A DNA stretch of 50,305 bases from Candidatus Saccharimonadales bacterium. GTDB lineage: Bacteria > Patescibacteriota > Saccharimonadia > Saccharimonadales > JAYRRP01. The notes beneath the pieces were generated by a model. The model had not been told where the DNA came from, searched no databases, and saw only the letters and a program-made list of their open reading frames with translations. The stretch spans positions 1-50,305 of the forward strand of contig JAYRRP010000005.1 of the NCBI GenBank assembly GCA_041910055.1, read 5' to 3'. The position numbers and the translations under genes are program-made. Below, piece by piece: positions 44,337 through 50,305 of the stretch (position 1 is its first letter; each line of letters opens with the position of its first letter).

Positions 44337-46654
44337 TCTTCAATTTCCGGCAAGTCGACGCCGTGTTGCTTTATATAACCGGTGTGTTCCGCAAGTTTCT
44401 CGTGGTATTTCGCCAGTAAATGTTCGGCATGGTTTCTTTCAATTTTGCCCTCCATTGAGAGTTTGCTGACGGCATCCATTACCAAGTGGTAGCGATCAGT
44501 TTGATTACGGACATGCATATCAAAAGGAGTAGTTGTCGAGCCGCTCTCAGTATACCCGTGCACTGTGAAGCGGTCGCGTTGCTCACTATAATCAAATAAA
44601 AGCGACTTTAATGTCTGCGGATAGCCATGGAAGTTACAGATAACTGGTTTATCAAGCGTAAAGTAATTTTTAAAGTCCTCATGAGTGAACTCAGTTCCAC
44701 TGTGGCCTAAGCCATTGCAGGATAAAGTGACGATGCTCACAAAACGGACGCGAGTGTCTGGGCTGTCAGTTTTGAGCAAATCAATAGCAGCTAGGGCTTC
44801 TTTGGTCAAATAATCTCCCGCCGCTGCGAAGACAATATCCGGGTCAGTATCACTGGCAAAATCCCACACCATAACACCTTTTTGCACGGCGCGGCGAGCT
44901 AACTCCGGTGTGAGCCAGCGGGGTTCCAAAGTTTTGCCGGCAATGAGAATATTTATCTGTTTTTTTGCTGATAGCATTTGTTCGAGAGCAGCCAGGGTAG
45001 TATTGCCATCTGGTGGCAGATAGACGTTTACGAAGTTACCTTGACGTTGCAGCGCGTCATCTATAAAGCCTGGATTCTGATGCGAAAAGCCGTTATGTTC
45101 CTGGCGCCATCCCGAAGAAGTGAGGATATAGTTGAAGGAAGCAATATCACCCCGCCACGGCACATCAATGGCCTGGCGTAGGAATTTGGCATATTGGTCC
45201 ATCATGCTGGTGATAACCGTAATGAATGCTTCATAGGACGCAAAAACTGCGTGCCGGCCGGTGAGCACATATCCCTGGGCTAAGCCCTGCAGGGAATGCT
45301 CACTGAGTAGCTCCATGACCCGCCCTGTTCGGGACATATCTTTGTCCCACGCTTTAGATGGCCACACCCAGGCGCGTGAAGTGGCAGCGAAGATATCATC
45401 CAGTTTGTTTGAATAGGTTTCATCAGGTGACATCAGCCGGAAATTGGCATGGTCCTGATTGCGGCGGAACACTTCTCCTAAGTAAAGCCCGGCACGCCGC
45501 ATGCTACTGGAGCCAACAGTGCCGGGCGTTTCCGCATCTTCCGAAAATTGCTCAAGTGCGGGTAATTGAAGAGGCTTATAAACTGGCTCGCCACCAAAGG
45601 CGTGCTTATTGAGTCCCATCCTATGCGATTCTGCAGGAAAAATGTCGTGCAAAAAGTCACCAAAACCATGTTCGCGGCTGAAGAGTTCGTTGATTTTGTA
45701 ACTGCGCAACCATTCTTCAAGTAGATGTAACTGGGTATCATCACTGTGCGCTTCGGTCAGGACAACTTGGTGAGCGAGGAAGTTGCCTTCCACTTTCTGA
45801 CCGTTTAGTTCTTTAACACCGGTCCAGCCTTTTGGTGTCCTCAGGATTATCATTGGGAAGCGCGGCGACACAATAGTGTGATGCCTCTGCAACTCTCTAA
45901 TAGTACCGGCTGCCCATTCAAGCGCTGTCTGCATCGAGTGATGGATAGTTTCATGCGAGGTGGCTTGAACAATGCGCGGCTGGTAGCCATAACCCTTAAA
46001 CAAGTCGAGTAATTCTTCATCGGTCATGCGGCCAAAAACCGTCGGGCCGGAAATTTTATAGCCATTGAGGTGGAGAATCGGCAGTACGGCGCCATGGCTG
46101 GCTGGATCCAGCAGTTTATTGAGGTGCCACGCGGCGGCAGTCGGTCCAGTCTCAGCTTCACCGTCACCGACTAAACAAGCGACGATTAGATCTTTGTTAT
46201 CAAGTGCTGCTCCGTATGAGGTCGATAAAGAATATCCCAGCTCTCCTCCCTCCAGAATTACTCCCGGGGTAGCAGGATTGCTGTGGCTGGGAAAGCCATA
46301 TGGCCAACTAAAATTACGACACAAATAAGAGATGCCTTCGTAGCTGTGTACCGCATTCGGATAATACTTTTGGAGTGAGCCTTCTAAAAAGAGGTTGGCT
46401 TGGAGGGCAGGGAATCCGTGGCCTGGCCCCAGCACAAACAACATATTAAGATGATGTGATTTGATGAGCTGGCTTAAGTGCCCATACATCAGGTTGATAC
46501 CAGGCCCTGTTCCCCAATGGCCAAGTAACCGGGGCTTTACATCATTCTTGGTAAGTGACCGTTCCAATAAAAAATTATCTCGTAAAAATATCTGCGCGAC
46601 TGTTAGATAATTGGTAGCCCTGACATATGATTCAATGGCCTGGTAATCACTCAT
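44312..46654 (-). CDS. xfp: xylulose-5-phosphate/fructose-6-phosphate phosphoketolase
   Basis: Motifs are RLLGHWGTGPG, EGGELGYSL and the GDGEAETGP TPP-binding region. The length of 780 aa is typical. Its 3' end overlaps the ackA start by 25 nt. Confidence 0.95.
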   Translation of the reverse strand: MSDYQAIESYVRATNYLTVAQIFLRDNFLLERSLTKNDVKPRLLGHWGTGPGINLMYGHLSQLIKSHHLNMLFVLGPGHGFPALQANLFLEGSLQKYYPNAVHSYEGISYLCRNFSWPYGFPSHSNPATPGVILEGGELGYSLSTSYGAALDNKDLIVACLVGDGEAETGPTAAAWHLNKLLDPASHGAVLPILHLNGYKISGPTVFGRMTDEELLDLFKGYGYQPRIVQATSHETIHHSMQTALEWAAGTIRELQRHHTIVSPRFPMIILRTPKGWTGVKELNGQKVEGNFLAHQVVLTEAHSDDTQLHLLEEWLRSYKINELFSREHGFGDFLHDIFPAESHRMGLNKHAFGGEPVYKPLQLPALEQFSEDAETPGTVGSSSMRRAGLYLGEVFRRNQDHANFRLMSPDETYSNKLDDIFAATSRAWVWPSKAWDKDMSRTGRVMELLSEHSLQGLAQGYVLTGRHAVFASYEAFITVITSMMDQYAKFLRQAIDVPWRGDIASFNYILTSSGWRQEHNGFSHQNPGFIDDALQRQGNFVNVYLPPDGNTTLAALEQMLSAKKQINILIAGKTLEPRWLTPELARRAVQKGVMVWDFASDTDPDIVFAAAGDYLTKEALAAIDLLKTDSPDTRVRFVSIVTLSCNGLGHSGTEFTHEDFKNYFTLDKPVICNFHGYPQTLKSLLFDYSEQRDRFTVHGYTESGSTTTPFDMHVRNQTDRYHLVMDAVSKLSMEGKIERNHAEHLLAKYHEKLAEHTGYIKQHGVDLPEIEEWQWKRSH

Positions 46655-46738
46655 GTGCCCCCCATTTTGTTAGCCTTTATGCTTATTGTAACCCAAGCAT
46701 CATTAGCACTACAACTCCTTATTACTACTGGTAGGATT

Positions 46739-46747
46739 TGCTATAAT
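46739..46747 (+). promoter_or_regulatory. extended -10 box TGCTATAAT
   Basis: It matches TGnTATAAT perfectly, in the divergent region between xfp and the small membrane ORF. Confidence 0.4.
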
Positions 46748-46768
46748 TTTTACAGAAGCAATCACAGA

Positions 46769-46969
46769 ATGGAGGGTATAGTTGTGGCTGAATCGAAAAA
46801 AGTAAATGAGAAAAACGAGGAAAATCGCGGAGCGCTATTCATCCCGGCTGGCATCCTGACAGGCATTGGGGTAGGTTTTGCGCTTAATAATGTTGCTGCC
46901 GGAACTATGATTGGTCTCGGCGTTGGCTTTACCTTGTTCGCTGTTATCAGTGTCGCCACCAAAAAATAA
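46769..46969 (+). CDS. small (about 62-66 aa) two-TM Gly-rich membrane protein
   Basis: The hydrophobic segments are IPAGILTGIGVGFAL and MIGLGVGFTLFAVISV. The start is ATG 46769, or GTG 46784 which has the SD ggaggg 7 nt upstream. The track start at 46655 lies upstream of the promoter-like box and is unlikely. Confidence 0.45.
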   Translation: MEGIVVAESKKVNEKNEENRGALFIPAGILTGIGVGFALNNVAAGTMIGLGVGFTLFAVISVATKK

Positions 46970-47543
46970 TCTGACGGTCGCAAGAGTAGAGAAGGCTTTC
47001 CGTCGGGTACCGCGGCAACCTTTTTTGCCACCATCGTATCAGGAGTTTGCAGGTGTTGATAGGCCACTCCCTATCGGGTTTGAGCAAACAAACAGCCAAC
47101 CGACTACCGTGCGGCTTATGTTGCAATGGTTAGCGGTAAAACCGGGTGATAAGGTGCTGGATATAGGGGCAGGTTCAGGGTGGACAACTGCCTTACTAGG
47201 CTATCTTACAGGTTCGGAGGGTCATGTCTATGCAGTTGAGAGGATTCCCGAACTAGTGAAAACTGGTGAAATAAACTGTCGCCGCGCAGGGTGCACAAAT
47301 GTGAGTTTCCACCAGGCAGGCAAACAACTTGGCTTATCATCTCGTAAACCTTATGATCGTATCTTGGTAAGCGCGGCTGCCAAAGAAGTGCCACAAACCT
47401 TGCTCGACCAACTCGCGCCGGGCGGCTGCTTGGTAATCCCGGTAGAAGACACTATTTATCGTGTGCAAGCTACAAAAAAAGGGTACAACTCAATAGCGTA
47501 CCCCGGGTTTGCCTTTGTTCCGCTAAGGACAGATCCCCTCTAA
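46911..47543 (+). CDS. pcm: protein-L-isoaspartate O-methyltransferase
   Basis: It has the SAM motif VLDIGAGSGWTTALL plus FRRVPRQPFLP, IGFEQTNSQP and DRILVSAAA. The start is uncertain. ATG 46911 overlaps the previous ORF by 59 nt, and no better in-frame start was seen. Confidence 0.8.
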   Translation: MVSALALPCSLLSVSPPKNNLTVARVEKAFRRVPRQPFLPPSYQEFAGVDRPLPIGFEQTNSQPTTVRLMLQWLAVKPGDKVLDIGAGSGWTTALLGYLTGSEGHVYAVERIPELVKTGEINCRRAGCTNVSFHQAGKQLGLSSRKPYDRILVSAAAKEVPQTLLDQLAPGGCLVIPVEDTIYRVQATKKGYNSIAYPGFAFVPLRTDPL

Positions 47544-47716
47544 CGGGGAGCTGGTACCTTATAGTGGTATTTTCGTGCCTTCGAAATACCAACTGCCAAT
47601 GCTTGTTGACGATCATTGACGGGTTTTCCTGATTTACCACTTTTTAACTGTCCTTTTGAAAACTCGTGCATAGTTTTGCCAATCATGTGGCTGGCTTTTG
47701 GACCATACTTATTCAT
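47540..47716 (-). CDS. 58-aa basic mini-protein (MNKYGPKASHMIGKTMHEFSKGQLKSGKSGKPVNDRQQALAVGISKARKYHYKVPAPR), DUF6496-like
   Basis: Hand-translated and missed by the ORF track. The SD aggagg lies 7 nt upstream. The HEFK.G.LKSG.SGK......QA.AI(G/A)LS.AR pattern resembles small proteins annotated DUF6496, from memory. Confidence 0.6.
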   Translation of the reverse strand: MNKYGPKASHMIGKTMHEFSKGQLKSGKSGKPVNDRQQALAVGISKARKYHYKVPAPR

Positions 47717-47795
47717 TCCATCACCTCCTATTTTTTTCTTACATAGGTATCATTTCTATGCAAGTTTACTCAACCGTAATCAGACACCCGTTTCA

Positions 47796-47936
47796 TTAAA
47801 TGTAGTCGTCAGGGGTGTCGTCATCGCCAAATTGAAATTCTTGGTCTTCGTCCCGGCCATCGTCCATTGTGAATTGTTCGGCAAAAAAGTTACGCTGGTC
47901 AGAACTTTTGTTCTGGGTATCGTCACTGTTCCACAT
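47796..47936 (-). CDS. 46-aa highly acidic mini-protein (MWNSDDTQNKSSDQRNFFAEQFTMDDGRDEDQEFQFGDDDTPDDYI)
   Basis: Hand-translated. The SD gggaggg lies 5 nt upstream and the length is 141 nt including the stop. Confidence 0.4.
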   Translation of the reverse strand: MWNSDDTQNKSSDQRNFFAEQFTMDDGRDEDQEFQFGDDDTPDDYI

Positions 47937-47969
47937 AAGTCCCTCCCTCAGTGTGTTTAATTACTTGTT

Positions 47970-48098
47970 TCAATTTGTCACGCCCGTTGAGGGCTGGATT
48001 ATCTCCGGCCGAAAAGGGCTGGCTATGGTGTGGTTTATGTCATAGCGACCTATGCCAAAACCTTCACTGTCCTCGCGTGACATGTGATATTTGTGCAT
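47970..48098 (-). CDS. 42-aa mini-protein (MHKYHMSREDSEGFGIGRYDINHTIASPFRPEIIQPSTGVTN)
   Basis: Hand-translated. The SD gggagga lies 6 nt upstream. Confidence 0.35.
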   Translation of the reverse strand: MHKYHMSREDSEGFGIGRYDINHTIASPFRPEIIQPSTGVTN

Positions 48099-48286
48099 CG
48101 CAATTCCTCCCAAAATTTGCTTTGCTTGTGTCATGGACCTCACCCATGACAGTTCTTATGCTATCGTCTAAAGACACGAGCTGCTATGAAAAATATCACA
48201 AAACGGAAGTGTAATAATTTTCATAGCGGACAGGCCGTTCACTTCGTTATTATGATTCCTGCATATTTAAGCCAAAGGAGGTGTGT

Positions 48287-48421
48287 ATGGCAGGAAATCA
48301 GAACCAGTCGAAGGGGAGAGGTTGGCATGGTGACCCTGAGGGACACGCAAAAGCTGGCAAAAAGGGTGGCTCTCGCCGAAAGGGAAGCAACAGCGACATG
48401 ACCCAAAGTGAGAACCTTTAA
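48287..48421 (+). CDS. 44-aa KGG-motif general-stress-like protein (MAGNQNQSKGRGWHGDPEGHAKAGKKGGSRRKGSNSDMTQSENL)
   Basis: Hand-translated. The SD aggagg lies 5 nt upstream. DPEGHAKAGKKGG closely resembles the DP...SEAGKKGG repeat of YciG/GsiB-type KGG stress proteins. A terminator follows. Confidence 0.65.
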   Translation: MAGNQNQSKGRGWHGDPEGHAKAGKKGGSRRKGSNSDMTQSENL

Positions 48422-48442
48422 ATCGGTACCCGCAAACACTCT

Positions 48443-48471
48443 AAAGGCTCCGCAAAGTGCGGAGCCTTTTT
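48443..48471. terminator. bidirectional intrinsic terminator between convergent genes
   Basis: The hairpin aaaggctccgc-aaagt-gcggagccttt has an 11-bp stem. It is flanked by an A-run and a T-run and overlaps the stop of the AI-2E gene. Confidence 0.8.
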
Positions 48472-49567
48472 AAGTTTGTGCTTTATTACTGGCAGCTGAA
48501 AGCTTTTGTCCGGAGTTTTCCTTTACGTATATCTCTATGGTGGTAGTAATGAATATCATAATGATTGGTCCGTAGACCACACCGAGTAGGCCGAAATAAT
48601 GTACGCCGGCAAAGGCCGCTAAAATAGTCAGGGCGGCCGGCAAACGGATTTCTTTGGCAACCAAACGGGGGCGGAAGTTATCTATGTTCGTCACAACCAA
48701 GAAGTGGTTTAGTAGTATTAATCCTCCTTGCCACCAATGACCAGTAAGCATCACGATGATACCTAAAGGAATAGTGATAATTCCTGCACCAAGCGGTATG
48801 AATGATAAAAAGGTGAATATAATAAACATGAAAATGAATAGTTCCCAGAGACTAAGCACCGCGGCGATAACAAGTGCGCTTGCGAGACCTTGTGCCAGTG
48901 CGATGATCATTTGCCCTTTCACCATTGATTTACACATAAGGCCGATGCGCCGGAAGTATTGGGCAGTCACTTTCTCGTCGAATGGGCTAATGGCACGGAT
49001 ATTAGCCAAGAGCTTATCCTGGCCCACCATGATGCCCGTAAAGACAAACAAATAGAGAATAAACGATGTGATTAAACCAGGAATAGTGCTGACGAGCGAA
49101 ATAATGATATCAGCAAAGGCTTGTGCTAATTTTGGCCCTACCTCTTTCACGAAATCTATGACTGACCCGCTTTTAATGGCGCCCTCTATGCCGGTAATAT
49201 TTTGGATAATTTCATTCAATTTTGTGACTGCGGAAGAGAGAGTTTCGGTTAGGTTCATGTTCGAGAAGCTACCGGCTAGTCCAAGACTGTGAGCGAGGCG
49301 CGTCGCCTGCGAAACTGAAATAAGCAGAATAATTACAATTGGCAATAGTATAAATACCAAACTCAGCACAGTTGTGCAGGCTACTGCCACGCTCTTCTTA
49401 TCTTTGAAACGACGCAGACAACGCTTATAAATTGGGTCAAATAAATAAGCAGCGAGGGCAGCGAGTGCAATGATAGGCAGGAAGGGTTTAAGGAAGATCA
49501 AGGCGAGCAGTAAAACAGCAATGAGAATGAATGTGCGCGTCCGGTGCGGGTTAAGGCTGCCTGCCAT
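48470..49567 (-). CDS. AI-2E family (PerM/UPF0118) transporter
   Basis: It is about 365 aa with about 8 TM segments. The C-terminal HYFGLLGVVYGPIIM matches the G..G...GP motif of the family. Confidence 0.8.
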   Translation of the reverse strand: MAGSLNPHRTRTFILIAVLLLALIFLKPFLPIIALAALAAYLFDPIYKRCLRRFKDKKSVAVACTTVLSLVFILLPIVIILLISVSQATRLAHSLGLAGSFSNMNLTETLSSAVTKLNEIIQNITGIEGAIKSGSVIDFVKEVGPKLAQAFADIIISLVSTIPGLITSFILYLFVFTGIMVGQDKLLANIRAISPFDEKVTAQYFRRIGLMCKSMVKGQMIIALAQGLASALVIAAVLSLWELFIFMFIIFTFLSFIPLGAGIITIPLGIIVMLTGHWWQGGLILLNHFLVVTNIDNFRPRLVAKEIRLPAALTILAAFAGVHYFGLLGVVYGPIIMIFITTTIEIYVKENSGQKLSAASNKAQT

Positions 49568-49593
49568 GCGCCTAGTATAACCTACTAATACAC

Positions 49594-50130
49594 CTAGATG
49601 CTCTGAGCATTCGACAATTGTGCAAGTATTTTTGTAGCGCGTTTTGTAACTGCTTTTGAGTGGTGGGATTGTTGCAGCTGAAGTAATGGGATGAGTATGT
49701 TGGCTTGCAAGTGGTCATTTGCCACAAATTGAGCCAAGGTTTCCATACTATAGCCGGCAACAATCCAGTCAACGCTTGTGTCCTGCAGATTGTGTGTTAA
49801 TAGTTTGATGGCTGCTTCTCTTTCTTTGCCAGTCAAAGTAAGTTCACCGAGCATTTGTGCCAGGTGCCACTGCACAGATGGCTGGTCAATATGAGATACC
49901 TCAGTAAGTAATTGTGGAATAAATGGTTGCAGCCACCCAGGATGCACGCGACAAACTTTTTCGAGCGCGTCGCCGGCACGCATGCGAACAATCTCATCCT
50001 CAGAAAACAAGCAAGTGAATAATTCATCTAAAAGCAGAGGCTTCTTTAGTACTTTCTGAATCACTTCCTCAGTACGGCCCAGTGAGCGCGGGTCTCCCTC
50101 GGAGAGCATTTGATGTAACGAAGTCGGCAT
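49594..50130 (-). CDS. alpha-helical HEAT/ARM-like repeat protein (possibly DNA-alkylation-repair-like)
   Basis: ORF track. The protein is all-helical with repeated L..L.......VR..A..AL segments. There is no SD, and TAAAGT lies 6 nt upstream of the ATG. Confidence 0.5.
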   Translation of the reverse strand: MPTSLHQMLSEGDPRSLGRTEEVIQKVLKKPLLLDELFTCLFSEDEIVRMRAGDALEKVCRVHPGWLQPFIPQLLTEVSHIDQPSVQWHLAQMLGELTLTGKEREAAIKLLTHNLQDTSVDWIVAGYSMETLAQFVANDHLQANILIPLLQLQQSHHSKAVTKRATKILAQLSNAQSI

Positions 50131-50305
50131 GTAGTAACTTTACGATATAACTTGTAATTAAGTATGGCTGCAGTTGTTGAACGAAGCTCGAACCTTGTTC
50201 GAGCGAGATAATTGAATCCCGCCCTGCGGCTCTGCCCGCCGCTAAAGCGGCGGCCCAACCCAAAAGATTTTTCTTCATTATTGTTTTGAATTTCGGCGGG
50301 TGGTT

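Noticed and set aside
46655-46768. N-terminal 38 codons of track ORF 46655-46969
   Set aside because: This part begins immediately at the divergent xfp start codon and lies upstream of the TGCTATAAT promoter-like box at 46739-46747. An internal ATG or GTG with an SD (ggaggg) gives a more plausible small membrane protein.
47616-48401. Three + strand track ORFs (114, 87 and 71 aa)
   Set aside because: They lack SD sites and have Cys/Phe/Leu-rich nonsense-like composition. They are antisense to, or out of frame with, four short ORFs that have canonical SD sites and recognisable stress-protein motifs.

Overview
All family calls below come from reading motifs by eye and from memory; no searches were run. 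The window is a gene-dense 50.3 kb chromosomal segment of a small-genome, monoderm-like bacterium. The gene content suggests a Patescibacteria/CPR lineage, possibly Saccharibacteria-like. Supporting points are the phosphoketolase and acetate kinase pair, a FemAB/Mur-ligase wall cluster, a giant repeat-rich surface protein, pilin-like domains, and the absence of respiratory genes. This taxonomic placement is inference only.

Content in order:
- 99-5475: a tightly packed copper/metal operon built around a CopB-type P1B ATPase.
- 5705-5910: tRNA-Leu(UAA) and tRNA-Cys(GCA).
- 6029-12595: a 2188-aa surface protein with an embedded SGNH/SASA-like esterase domain and ten 288-nt tandem repeats.
- 12678-17171: lemA-htpX, a membrane protein and ligA.
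- 17199-17927: a structured leader in front of an unknown 154-aa gene, then tRNA-Ala(GGC).
- 17936-20002: a secreted glycoside-hydrolase-like protein.
- 20099-25464: a tail-fibre-like module and membrane-anchored proteins.
- 25643-30695: a five-gene peptidoglycan-modification operon.
- 30737-34135: a 1132-aa LeuRS with two extra hydrolase-like domains inserted around its editing domain.
- 34865-38850: rpmF, nusB, Nudix, rnc, rpsP, KH-protein and trmD.
- 38840-41483: an ABC exporter and PAP2 operon.
- 41568-47543: sodB, a PH-like/PNPOx-like fusion, xfp-ackA and pcm.
- 47540-50130: a cluster of four mini-genes shorter than 60 aa that the ORF track misses, an AI-2E transporter and a HEAT-like protein.

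I saw no rRNA, CRISPR array, transposase, integrase or recognisable defence system. The most unusual object is the LeuRS with alpha/beta-hydrolase-like and Nudix-like insertions.
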